Source of the DNA: Planctomycetota bacterium
GTDB lineage: Bacteria; Planctomycetota; UBA1135; UBA2386
Length of the DNA: 64,000 bases
Reading direction: 5' to 3'
NCBI GenBank assembly: GCA_046290465.1
Contig: JBKAGP010000001.1
Location: 4,256,001-4,320,000 of the forward strand
The translations under genes and the position numbers were made by a program. Below are positions 50,294-59,356 of the stretch, piece after piece (position 1 is the stretch's first letter; each line of letters opens with the position of its first letter). Under the pieces are notes generated by a model. That model ran no database searches and had not been told where the DNA came from. It saw only the letters and a program-made list of their open reading frames with translations.

Positions 50294-51514
50294 TCACCCC
50301 TTCACGCACACGACCTGCTTGAGGGTGTGCACCACGTCGACCAGATCGCTCTGAGCCGCCATCACCGCGTCGATGTCCTTGTAGGCCATGGGCGTCTCGT
50401 CCAGGACCTTGCCATCCTTGCGGCATTCGACTCCTTCCGTCGCAGCGATGTGATCGTCGACGGTGAAGCGCCGGAACGCCTCGCCGCGCGACATCACGCG
50501 CCCCGCCCCGTGGCTGCACGAGTGGAAGCTCTCTGCGTTTCCCTTGCCTCGAACGATGTAGCTCTTCGCGCCCATCGAACCCGGGATGATGCCGAGCTCG
50601 CCGTCGCCGGCGCGCACCGCACCCTTGCGGGTCACGAACACCGACGAACCGAAGTGCTCCTCCTGCCGCACGTAGTTGTGGTGGCAGTTCACGGCGACCT
50701 CGCCGTGCGTGAACTTCGGCAGGTCGTCCCGCCGCGCCATCGCCTCGAGGATGTTCGCCATCATCAGGTCGCGGTTGGTGCGCGCGTAACGCTGCGCCCA
50801 GTCCACCGCGAACACGTAGTCGTCGAAGTGCTGCGCTCCCTCCGTGAAGTACGCCAGGTCCTTGTCCGGCAGGTTGTGGATGTGCTGCTCCATGTCCTTC
50901 TTGGCCAGGCCGATGAAGTGCATGCCGATGCGGTTGCCGACACCGCGCGAACCGCTGTGCAGCATCACCCAGACGCGCTGCGCCTCGTCGAGGCAGACCT
51001 CGACGAAGTGGTTGCCGCCGCCCAGCGTGCCGAGCTGGCTCACGGTCGCGCCGCGGTCCAGCTTGGGGTGCCGTTCGATGATGCGCTCGTAGCCCGGCCG
51101 CATGCGCTTCCAGGCGTCCTCGGTGCGCGCGGGCGGGTGGAACCACGCGCCGCGATCACCCTTGCCGCCGCGGTTGGTGCGGCCGTGCGGGACCGCGCGC
51201 TCGATGTCCGAACGCAGGCCCTTGAGGTTGTCGGGCAGGTCGCTCGCCGTCATCGACGTGCGCACCGCCATCATGCCGCAGCCGATGTCGACACCGACCG
51301 CCGCCGGGATGATCGCGCCCTTGGTCGGGATCACGCTGCCGACCGTGGCGCCGATGCCCCAGTGAACGTCCGGCATCGCGGCGACGTGGCCGTGCACGAT
51401 CGGCAGGCGGGCCACGTTCTGCAGCTGACGGATCGCGTTGTCGTCCGCGTGCACTCCGCGCACCCATGCCTTGATCGGCACGCCGCCGGTCTCGAACTGT
51501 TCGAAGGTCGTCAT
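50294..51514 (-). CDS. rtcB: RNA ligase RtcB
   Basis: MPDVH, VGVDIGCG, LGGGNHF, LHSGSRG, CHHNY, IPGSMG, SHGAGR, AYKDI, VCVKG. Confidence 0.97.
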   Translation of the reverse strand: MTTFEQFETGGVPIKAWVRGVHADDNAIRQLQNVARLPIVHGHVAAMPDVHWGIGATVGSVIPTKGAIIPAAVGVDIGCGMMAVRTSMTASDLPDNLKGLRSDIERAVPHGRTNRGGKGDRGAWFHPPARTEDAWKRMRPGYERIIERHPKLDRGATVSQLGTLGGGNHFVEVCLDEAQRVWVMLHSGSRGVGNRIGMHFIGLAKKDMEQHIHNLPDKDLAYFTEGAQHFDDYVFAVDWAQRYARTNRDLMMANILEAMARRDDLPKFTHGEVAVNCHHNYVRQEEHFGSSVFVTRKGAVRAGDGELGIIPGSMGAKSYIVRGKGNAESFHSCSHGAGRVMSRGEAFRRFTVDDHIAATEGVECRKDGKVLDETPMAYKDIDAVMAAQSDLVDVVHTLKQVVCVKG

Positions 51515-51708
51515 CGTTCTTGGTCCTGATGCTGTTCTGGATCGTGACCGGTGGGCCGGTGCCCACCGGGTGCGAGGTCGGGGCCCCGCGACGCGAGCCG
51601 CCCGCAGACCCTGGTGGGATCCGCGAGCGACTCTCCGACGCGGCGTGGGCCGTGCACCGAGGGCGGCCTTGGATCGGCGACTCCGGTGCGGCGTCCGTGT
51701 GCCGCGAC
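51515..51708 (-). ncRNA. candidate structured leader / ncRNA of the rtcBA operon
   Basis: 17-bp stem with four G-U pairs that pair only on the minus strand (51595-51633); perfect 9-bp hairpin (51548-51569); lies between the sigma54 promoter and rtcB. Confidence 0.5.
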
Positions 51709-51719
51709 GGAACGGCTAG

Positions 51720-51736
51720 AGCGAGCGGCGTGCCAG
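51720..51736 (-). promoter_or_regulatory. sigma54 (-24/-12) promoter of rtcBA
   Basis: CTGGCACGCCGCTCGCT has GG-N10-GC spacing; rtcBA operons are known to be sigma54-dependent. Confidence 0.8.
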
Positions 51737-51775
51737 CGGCGTCCGGAGTCTAGCAGAATCCCGGAAGCCTCTGTA

Positions 51776-51788
51776 TAGCAATGAGTTG
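51776..51788. promoter_or_regulatory. IHF-like binding site
   Basis: TAGCAATGAGTTG, one mismatch to WATCAANNNNTTR, between the enhancer and the sigma54 promoter. Confidence 0.5.
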
Positions 51789-51834
51789 CGTGGAGTGAGG
51801 GTCGGCCGGGCCACTCGGCCGATCGATCGTGAGT

Positions 51835-51868
51835 TATCCGTTAGGATAGCGTGATATCCTTCCGGATA
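51835..51868. promoter_or_regulatory. twin TATCC-N4-GGATA palindromes, likely enhancer (RtcR-type) binding sites
   Basis: 51835-51848 and 51855-51868, 20 bp apart, about 100-130 bp upstream of the sigma54 site. Confidence 0.7.
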
Positions 51869-51893
51869 TCTCCTACGCCGACTCGCGCCGCCG

Positions 51894-52973
51894 CTACTCG
51901 CCGAGATACCGCCGCTGCACCGCCTGCCACTCGTCGCTGCGCAGCACCTCGAGCATCGCCTTGTTCAGCGGCTTGCGCAGGTCGCTGCCGCGCGGCATCG
52001 CGATCGCATACTGCTCCTCCCGCAGCTGCTGCGGCAGGACCAGCAGCTCGGGCTTGTCGAGCGTCAGGTACTTGAGGATCGGCGCGTCGTAGACGACCGC
52101 GTCGACCCGCCCCTGGTCGAGTGCCGCGACCGCCTCCTGCGGCGACGCGAACGGCGAGTAGCGCAGCCGTTGCTCGTCGAGCCACTCGGCCGCCGCCGAG
52201 CCGCCGAGCGTGCCGACCCGCACGTTCGGCAGGTCCTCGGGGCCGCGCACGACCGACTGCATGCGATCGAGGGTCAGCGCCGACGCGATCGCGGCGGTGT
52301 AGCTCGAGATGATCACGATGCTCGCAAACATCCAGACCAGCGCGATCGAGCGGCCGGCCGCGGTCACCGGCGCCTTGTCGCCGTAGCCGACGGTCGTCAT
52401 CGTCACCGCCGAGAACCAGAAGCCGGCGGCCGGCCCGCTGATGCCCTTGCCGCCGAACTGCTCGGGGTTGGCGCGCCGTTCGGCGAGCCACGTCAGCACG
52501 CCGCACACCGCCAGCACCAGCGCCAGCGCGCCGAGCGCCTGCAGCAGCTCGATCGAGAACAGCCGGTCGACCAGCGCGCCGAGCATGCCGCGGTCCTGGC
52601 CGCTGGTCGCGATGCCGAGCCCCGAGGTCAAGAACGGGTGCGAGAAGTCCATGCGGTCCTCACGTTCGGGCGTGATCGTCAGCGCCGCCAGCGCCAGGTC
52701 GACCTCGCCGTTCTCGGCGGCCGTCAGCATGCCGTTCAGGTCACGCTCGACGAACGTCGCGCGGCGGCCGAGTCGCTGCGCGACCATCTGCCACAGCTCG
52801 ATGCTCATGCCGGAGTAGCCGTCGATCGACGGGCCGCTGCCGCCGTCGGACTTCATGACGAACGGCGGCGTCAGCTTGGTGGCGATGGTCAGCGGTTCGG
52901 CTTCCTGGGCGCGCGCGTTCGCGGCGAGCGAAACGAGCAGCGCCAGCAGCCCCAGCAGGACTCTCGGGATCAT
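51894..52973 (-). CDS. GluR0-like ligand-gated K+ channel (SBP family 3 domain split by a 2-TM pore)
   Basis: signal peptide; PPFV, LTITPERE..MDFS; pore TMTTVGYGD; second lobe DAVVYDAP. Confidence 0.88.
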   Translation of the reverse strand: MIPRVLLGLLALLVSLAANARAQEAEPLTIATKLTPPFVMKSDGGSGPSIDGYSGMSIELWQMVAQRLGRRATFVERDLNGMLTAAENGEVDLALAALTITPEREDRMDFSHPFLTSGLGIATSGQDRGMLGALVDRLFSIELLQALGALALVLAVCGVLTWLAERRANPEQFGGKGISGPAAGFWFSAVTMTTVGYGDKAPVTAAGRSIALVWMFASIVIISSYTAAIASALTLDRMQSVVRGPEDLPNVRVGTLGGSAAAEWLDEQRLRYSPFASPQEAVAALDQGRVDAVVYDAPILKYLTLDKPELLVLPQQLREEQYAIAMPRGSDLRKPLNKAMLEVLRSDEWQAVQRRYLGE

Positions 52974-53251
52974 GCCCCGAGGCTACCGCGACCGCGTGCG
53001 CCCGGCCCCTGGTAGCCGAGGAACGTGCGCATCGAGTTCGACACGGTGGCGCCGGAGGCGTTGGCGCCCGGGTCCAGACACAGGGCCTGCACGTCCTCGT
53101 CGAGCGTCGCGGTCACGTTGGGTACGGTCCAGGTGATGGTGGCGCTGCCGCTCGCGAGCAGCATGACGCTCGGGATCGCCATCGACGTGGATCCGGGCAT
53201 GCCGATCGGGTCGAGCGGCACGGGGTTCCCAGCGCTCGGCGAGAAGCCGAA
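52970..53251 (-). pseudogene. degenerate 3' fragment of a secreted-protein C-terminal domain
   Basis: FGFS..PLDPIGMPG...WTVPN...QALCLDPGANASGATVSNS with no signal peptide or N-terminal part; at the island edge. Confidence 0.55.
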
Positions 53252-54003
53252 TCGCGGCGGCGGACGACCTGGGCTTCGGTCGGGCGGCGGCTCGTTCGTT
53301 CTGTGAGTCGAACTCGACGAGGTCGCGGGCGGCGGACGACGGATCGGGGGTACGTTCTCGAATGCACCGGCGAACGGACGCCGTCCTCTTCCGCAGATTG
53401 GTCGACACGCGTCCGCCTACGTTGCCTCCGCCGAGGGCCGATTCATCGTGAGGGCCGGGCACTTCCCGACGTTCGCGAAATCGTCCGTGCCTACGGTTGT
53501 CGGCTTCTTCGAAGCCGACGGCAGGTTTCGTTCGAGGCGAAGGTCATCGCGCAGCAAACTCCGTGCATCAATGTGCCGCTACCGGTCTTGCGTTGACGGC
53601 CGACCAGGATCGGTAGCGGATGTTGTCGCGGCTACCGCACGTGAGGGGCCGCGTTCGGGTGTGACCTGCCATGTGATTCGGGTGTATCGATACACGCTCG
53701 TCGCACGTGTCGATGGTTGACATCCTGCACGGCCATCACTATGCAAGACCAGACGTCGCCCGACCTGCCGGGTTCGTGAAGTGCCTCTCGGAAGAACGAA
53801 GCGTCGCCTCGCCAGGCGGCTTCGTCCATGTTGACGACGTTCGTTGATGGAGCAGTGGGACCTGGGTCCTCTGCATGGAATCGGGAAGGTTCTATGTATC
53901 GAACACTTGGTTCGTCGTCTCTGCGTGCGCGGTTGACGCGACACGATGCCGTGGCCCGTTCGGCAGCCGCCCCTGCCGGGTTGGCTCTTGCGGAGGTCGC
54001 GCG

Positions 54004-56487
54004 GTGAGCGAACCGTCGCGCAAGTCCAGCAGGAGCCGGTCGGGCTTCTCACCGATCGCGGCGTTGGCGGCGTTGCTGATCGGAGTCGTGGCATGTGTGT
54101 GGATCCTCGGCTCCACGGGCGTGGAGGCGCCTCGCGATCGCGACGAGATCGGTCGTAACCCGAAGCCGGTCGAGTCCGTGACTCCGGTGGCCTCGCCGCA
54201 TTCCGAAGCGCAGCGCACGGAGGTGCCGGTCGCCAGTCGCGTGGCCTCGTCGGCGCTCGCCGGTGTCGTGATCTTGCCGGACGGGTTGCCGGCGTCGGGC
54301 GTGCACCTGCAGTTGTCGGCGAGCGATGGGGAGACAGCGCTGGAGGCGGCACGATCCGATGCGGGCGGCCACTTCGCCTGGAGGAACATCCCCGCAGGCA
54401 TCTACCGGATTCGGGCGGAGCTGGATGACCACGTCGCGGAACAGACGGTGGCGGCTCCCGACGAAGGTCTGCTGCTGCAGTTGCGGCGACGACTCTCGCA
54501 CGAGAGTGACGATGTCGCGCTGCGGGTGCGCGTGCTCGATGAGTACGCGAAGCCGCTTCGGGAAGCCGAGGTCGTCGTCACGGGCGACCACGGACGGTGG
54601 CGTGGCGAGACCGCGGCTGACGGCATCTGTTCGTTCCCCGGCAAGCCGTGCTGGCACGCGATGGTCGTCGCCACGACTGGCGACGGACGTTCCGGTGCAG
54701 CGGTGCAATACCCTCGACGCGAACGGCCCGATCCGATGCTCGTCGAGGTCGTGGTGTCCGGCGAAGGATACCTGGTCGGCAGCTTGCGCGCGCCTGCGGG
54801 CGTGGAGCTGCCCAACTCGCTCCAGGTCGTCGCACACCTCGGAGCGGCTGCGACCCCGTTCGGGCGCAAGCACACGGTCGAGTTCGTCGCGCCGGTGCGC
54901 TCTGGCGAGTATCGGTTCGCCAGCCTGCCCGCCGCGACCTACGCGATCGAAGTGCGGGGTCTCGAAGTCGTAGACCTGCAGCTATGCACGCTCGGTGCGG
55001 ACGGGTTGCCCGTGCAGCGGCCGACCGATGGCTGGGTGCAGCCCGTCATGGCCTACGTGCAGGCCGGCAAGACCACGCGGTGTGACCTCCAGGCCGCGCC
55101 CGCGGCGAGCGTGGCCGGGCGCGTCCTGGACGAGGGCGGGCGGGGCATTCCCGGTGCCGTTGTGGAATGTCGCCGGTTGCTCCGCAACGGGCGGGCCGTC
55201 AACGAGGGGCAGGTCGCCGGAGCCCCTGTCGAGGTCGTCGAGGAGTCGGCACCGGCACCGGCACCGCTGCCGATCTATGCGCGAACGGTTCGCACGGACT
55301 CCGAAGGTCGCTACGTGCTGTCGGGCCTGGTTCCTGGTCCCTATCGACTGAAGGCATCGATGGACGGCTTCGCCGAGGTCGTCGACTCGTCCTTCGACCT
55401 CGTCGGAGGTCGTCGTGTGGAACGCAACTTCACGTTGACGAATGCGGGCCGGGTCGAGGTGGTCGTCGGGCACCCGGTCGTGGTTGTCGTGTTCAGCGAC
55501 GATCCCAGATGGTGTCGAGCCGCACGTACCGGGTCGAATGGACAGATCGTCTTCGATGGCGTACCCGTAGGCCGCCACTTTGTCGGCGTCATCGAGACCG
55601 GCGACTTTGCCCGCGCGCAGCTGACGGTGACGGATCCGCCCGATCCGCTGGCCAGTGTGCAGGTGAGCGCTGCCGAGTCCGCGTTCGTAGACCTTCGCGA
55701 ACAGTTGCCGGTCGTGCTCGATGCAGAGATCATCGGTAGCGACGGCCCGTGGTCTGGGGCGCGCGTCGATCTGTTGGGGCGCAGGACGGTTACGGATGGC
55801 GACGGCAGATTCACGCTCCGCTTCGGTTCGCCGATCCAGTCGGAAGAGTACCTTCGGGTCACGCGCGATGGCCTGACACTCGCGCTCGCGATGCCGGCGG
55901 CCAGTCGCGAGGTGCGAAGCTGGCGGGGTCGATTCGACATCGCGACGGAGTCGACGACGATCGTCGCCCGCTCCCATGATGGCAGGCCGGTCGTGGCCGA
56001 CATCCGACTGAGCGGCGGTGTTCGCGGCGCGCTGCGAACTTCACCCGCAGACGGTGCCCTGCATCGGCAGTTGCCGAAGCGAACGATGAGGATGGCCGCC
56101 ACGTTTCCGAGCGGCGCTGTCGTGCGCCGACCCATTCGTGCGGGAGAGACTGTCGAGGTCGTGGCACCCGAGGTGACGACGCTGCGTGCGCGGGTCGTCG
56201 ACGCTTCCAACCGGCCGCAGGAGCGATTCCAGGTGCAGGTGAGGGTCTGGGGCGACCCGGGGGAGCCGCCAGTGGACTGGCAGCCCTGGTCGGAGTCGCG
56301 ACCTTCCACGAAGGGCGGCCACGGCGTGACCGACGCATCCGGATGGGTCGAGTTGCGTGCGCTTCCGGCGGGTCCCGCCATGGTCTTCCTGGCGCCGCGG
56401 CTCGGGTTCACCGGCACCGCGCCGCCTGCGCGCGTTCGGCTCGAAGCGGGGAGACCCGCCGAAGTGGTGTTGAGGCTAGATCCATGA
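54004..56487 (+). CDS. membrane-anchored carboxypeptidase regulatory-like repeat protein
   Basis: SD GGAGG plus GTG; N-terminal TM; repeated GRVLD..G..., TDSEGRY.LSGL.PG.Y, TDGDGRF, TDASG.VEL. Confidence 0.8.
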   Translation: MSEPSRKSSRSRSGFSPIAALAALLIGVVACVWILGSTGVEAPRDRDEIGRNPKPVESVTPVASPHSEAQRTEVPVASRVASSALAGVVILPDGLPASGVHLQLSASDGETALEAARSDAGGHFAWRNIPAGIYRIRAELDDHVAEQTVAAPDEGLLLQLRRRLSHESDDVALRVRVLDEYAKPLREAEVVVTGDHGRWRGETAADGICSFPGKPCWHAMVVATTGDGRSGAAVQYPRRERPDPMLVEVVVSGEGYLVGSLRAPAGVELPNSLQVVAHLGAAATPFGRKHTVEFVAPVRSGEYRFASLPAATYAIEVRGLEVVDLQLCTLGADGLPVQRPTDGWVQPVMAYVQAGKTTRCDLQAAPAASVAGRVLDEGGRGIPGAVVECRRLLRNGRAVNEGQVAGAPVEVVEESAPAPAPLPIYARTVRTDSEGRYVLSGLVPGPYRLKASMDGFAEVVDSSFDLVGGRRVERNFTLTNAGRVEVVVGHPVVVVVFSDDPRWCRAARTGSNGQIVFDGVPVGRHFVGVIETGDFARAQLTVTDPPDPLASVQVSAAESAFVDLREQLPVVLDAEIIGSDGPWSGARVDLLGRRTVTDGDGRFTLRFGSPIQSEEYLRVTRDGLTLALAMPAASREVRSWRGRFDIATESTTIVARSHDGRPVVADIRLSGGVRGALRTSPADGALHRQLPKRTMRMAATFPSGAVVRRPIRAGETVEVVAPEVTTLRARVVDASNRPQERFQVQVRVWGDPGEPPVDWQPWSESRPSTKGGHGVTDASGWVELRALPAGPAMVFLAPRLGFTGTAPPARVRLEAGRPAEVVLRLDP

Positions 56488-58184
56488 AGGACACGAACCG
56501 TGGTTGGTTGGCCAACAGGCCCGGAACCTGGATGGCGCTGCTCGCGACCGCAATCGTCGCATGGTCGACGATTCTGGTGGCCGTGCTGATGGCGCCGTCG
56601 CCCTCGCGGGAGGATCGCGAGCGGGACGTGCTGGCGATGCACGAATTGGCGAGGCGGCTCTCGGATTCCGCGTACACCGCCGACCCAGGACTGCGGATTG
56701 AAGGGCGACTGATGACCCCCTCGCCCTCGGTTCGGGTCATCGCCGTCGAGAGCCGACTGCTGGCGTCGGTGCTCGCGAGTGCGCAGCGGGCGCCGCAGGA
56801 GAGTCTGCCGTTCCCGCTGCCGATCGCCGCAGAGACGCGAACCAGGCGCGACGGGAGCTTCCTGCTCGAGGGAGTGCAGCTGGGGCGGTATGCGACCTTC
56901 GTGTCTGCTCCGGGATACCGCCCGGTTCGTCGTGACGGCATCATCGTTCGCGACAGCATCGGAGCCCGAACCAGGCTGACGCTGCGACCGGAGTCGGGCT
57001 GTTCGGGGACCCTGCCGCAAGGCGTCCCCGATGGAGCTTCGTTCGTGCCCCTCTATGCGGGTCACTGGCCGGACCTCGCCTGGCATGATGCGAAGGCCGG
57101 GGTCGTGCGGCTGGAGCGTCGGGATCCGGACGGCTGGCCGCTGGCGCTCGCGTGGAAGCATGGAGAGCGCTTCGGCTGGTGCCGAGTCGAAGTCGACGAG
57201 GCCGGCAGTGCGACCATCCGGGAAACGCAGCTGGCCGATCTGGTCAGCAGCGCTCCGCTCGGTCCGGCTGCGATCGCGGAGTCACCCCTGGCCGCCCTTC
57301 GAGCTCATACCGACTACATGCCGGTCGATGCCAGCGATGCACCAGGTGGCCGGCAGCAACCCGGGCCATCTCGCCTGCGCGTGCGGTCGCGCGAGCCGTT
57401 TGCGCACTACGAGATCACCCTCGACAGCGGCGCGGTTTTTGCGGTGTTCGCTGACGTCTCAGGGACCGGCGAGTTCTATGGGCCGACCGGCGCTGCCCTG
57501 GTGCGTGCCGTCGTGCACGGAGGCAGGCGGACACGTCCGACCGGCGCCTTCCTCCAGCCGGGTGCAGAGGTCTCGATCTACTTGCCGTTTCGTGACGTGC
57601 TGGAGCAGCGGGTGCCAGATGTGGCGCCACGCGTCGAGTTGCCGGGGCGAAACGGGCTGTACGGCTTCTTGCGTAACCTGCAGGGTGAGCCGGTCGTCGG
57701 TGCGACGATCGCCGTGTTCGGCGGCGATCCCGATCGGTCGCGTCCGTTCTACGGAGCGACCGACGAGCACGGGTTCTATCGCATCGACAGCGTGCCGGCG
57801 GCAAGGCGCTACACGATGCGGTACGGGCGGTCGGCTGGGTTCGGCGATTCGTTGCTGCAGCATGTCGCCGAACTCACCGGGGTGGTCGACCAAGGGCCCG
57901 TGCATGAGCGCGTAGATCTGCAGCTCACGGGTACGAGATGCGAGGTAGCCGTGCCCGATGGGCAGCTCGGAGACCTGATCCTGGTGCACGCGGAAGGCCG
58001 CGAGGCGCCGATCGCTCGGGTCTACGTCAAGTCTGCAGGCGAGTCCGTCGTGCTCCGGGATCTCCCGGTCGCTTCGTACCGCCTGACTCTCGAACGTGAG
58101 GCCGTTCCGGTCGCCGAGTCCGGCTTGCAGCCGGCCGGTGACGGCAGCGGGCTCTCGTTGTCCGGTGAATGGCGTTCGAGGTGA
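56484..58184 (+). CDS. membrane-anchored carboxypeptidase regulatory-like domain protein
   Basis: ATGA overlap; N-terminal TM; TRRDGSFLLEGV..G.Y..VSAPGY, GEPVVGATI..TDEHGFYRI. Confidence 0.75.
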   Translation: MKDTNRGWLANRPGTWMALLATAIVAWSTILVAVLMAPSPSREDRERDVLAMHELARRLSDSAYTADPGLRIEGRLMTPSPSVRVIAVESRLLASVLASAQRAPQESLPFPLPIAAETRTRRDGSFLLEGVQLGRYATFVSAPGYRPVRRDGIIVRDSIGARTRLTLRPESGCSGTLPQGVPDGASFVPLYAGHWPDLAWHDAKAGVVRLERRDPDGWPLALAWKHGERFGWCRVEVDEAGSATIRETQLADLVSSAPLGPAAIAESPLAALRAHTDYMPVDASDAPGGRQQPGPSRLRVRSREPFAHYEITLDSGAVFAVFADVSGTGEFYGPTGAALVRAVVHGGRRTRPTGAFLQPGAEVSIYLPFRDVLEQRVPDVAPRVELPGRNGLYGFLRNLQGEPVVGATIAVFGGDPDRSRPFYGATDEHGFYRIDSVPAARRYTMRYGRSAGFGDSLLQHVAELTGVVDQGPVHERVDLQLTGTRCEVAVPDGQLGDLILVHAEGREAPIARVYVKSAGESVVLRDLPVASYRLTLEREAVPVAESGLQPAGDGSGLSLSGEWRSR

Positions 58185-58234
58185 ACGTCTGCCGGTTCGT
58201 GTTCCTCTGAGGTCCAAGACCTAGGAGTCAGACA

Positions 58235-59215
58235 ATGAAGTCCCTAGCAATGCTCTCATTCGGCTCGCTAGTCGGCCTGGCGTTTACGCCTGCGTTCGAC
58301 GAAGTGGGTGTGAGTGTGCCGATCGGCGGCACCGAGAGTTCGATCCTGTGCTCGGCGCAGACCAACTACCAGATGGAGTACCTCGGCGATTCGCGCGCCG
58401 AGGAGGTGGCCGACTACGTCGGTCTCGTCGAGTTCGCGGTTTCTGCCCGGTTCCAGGATCCAGACCCGATTCCCGTTCCGGTTCCGCCGCGCAGCACGCT
58501 GCCGAGCCAGCAGACCGACCCGATCTGCAGCTCGGGTACCGGCGGGCCCAACAACCGTTGCTCGACGGATGCCAACCAGAACAAGTGCAGCGCCAACGGC
58601 AACGAAGACGACGGGTCCGGTCACAACTGCTCTGCCGGCGACATCGGCGGCAACGGCGAGTGCAGCACGAACAGCGGGGACTGGAACACCCGCTGCTCGG
58701 TCCACGGTGGTGAGGACAACCACTGCAGTGCCATCGAGCTGCCGGGCAACCCCGGTACCGCCAAGTGCTCGGCCATCGAGAAGGGATTCTGCTCGGTATT
58801 CGGCGGCGGTGGTGACCCTGGTGGCAACGGTGGCGGTGGCGCTGGCGGCAGAGACAACTCCTGCTCGGCCTTCGGTCTGGCGGGGGAAAACCCACAGAAC
58901 CCGAAGTGCTCGGCGTTCGCGAACCTGGGCTTCCCGCTCTGCTCGGTGCTGAAGCACCAGGCCAACGCGACCTGCACGGTCGTCGACTCGGACAACTACG
59001 GCCCCGGCGCGGGAACCTGCTCGACCATGAACCTGCAGGGCCAGCCGGTCGGTCCGCCGCCGAACTTCTGCAGCGTGGTCACCATCCCCGCGGGCGGTGG
59101 TCCTCCGACGGTGGACCCGCCGCAAGGCAACCCGCCGCGTTGCACGACCTCGATCCCGGAGCAGGGCGGCGAAGAGCCGGTCGAGCCGGGTCAGCCGGTC
59201 ATCAACGGCAACTGA
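58235..59215 (+). CDS. secreted Cys-Ser repeat protein of unknown function
   Basis: SD TAGGAG; signal-like N-terminus; 17 Cys, each followed by S (15) or T (2), separated by G/N/P-rich loops. Confidence 0.8.
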   Translation: MKSLAMLSFGSLVGLAFTPAFDEVGVSVPIGGTESSILCSAQTNYQMEYLGDSRAEEVADYVGLVEFAVSARFQDPDPIPVPVPPRSTLPSQQTDPICSSGTGGPNNRCSTDANQNKCSANGNEDDGSGHNCSAGDIGGNGECSTNSGDWNTRCSVHGGEDNHCSAIELPGNPGTAKCSAIEKGFCSVFGGGGDPGGNGGGGAGGRDNSCSAFGLAGENPQNPKCSAFANLGFPLCSVLKHQANATCTVVDSDNYGPGAGTCSTMNLQGQPVGPPPNFCSVVTIPAGGGPPTVDPPQGNPPRCTTSIPEQGGEEPVEPGQPVINGN

Positions 59216-59237
59216 GCCGACCCCCTGCCCCGACCCT

Positions 59238-59258
59238 GCCGGTGCCCAGTGCACCGGC
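59238..59258 (+). other. GC-rich stem-loop downstream of the Cys-Ser repeat gene
   Basis: GCCGGTGC-CCAGT-GCACCGGC, extendable by flanking GCCCCG/CGGGGC; no U-tract. Confidence 0.5.
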
Positions 59259-59356
59259 TCGGCCGGGGCTCCCTTGCAGCAATCGAGCAGCGGAGAGTCA
59301 ACCCAGTGGAACCGTACTCAAGTCCCATCGAGTCGTCGTCGGCAGGTGGCCGGACC

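Noticed and set aside
51515..51708. tRNA or canonical Y RNA upstream of rtcB
   Set aside because: No cloverleaf or TTCRA T-loop is visible and there is no Rsr/TROVE gene; kept only as an unknown structured RNA.
53303..53874. Short ORFs at the island edge as transposase or integrase remnants
   Set aside because: No DDE, HUH or tyrosine/serine recombinase motifs were recognised.
58235..59215. Classical lanthipeptide/thiopeptide precursor or multiheme cytochrome
   Set aside because: No LanB/C/M, YcaO or radical SAM gene in the window, the protein appears to be exported, and it has no CxxCH.
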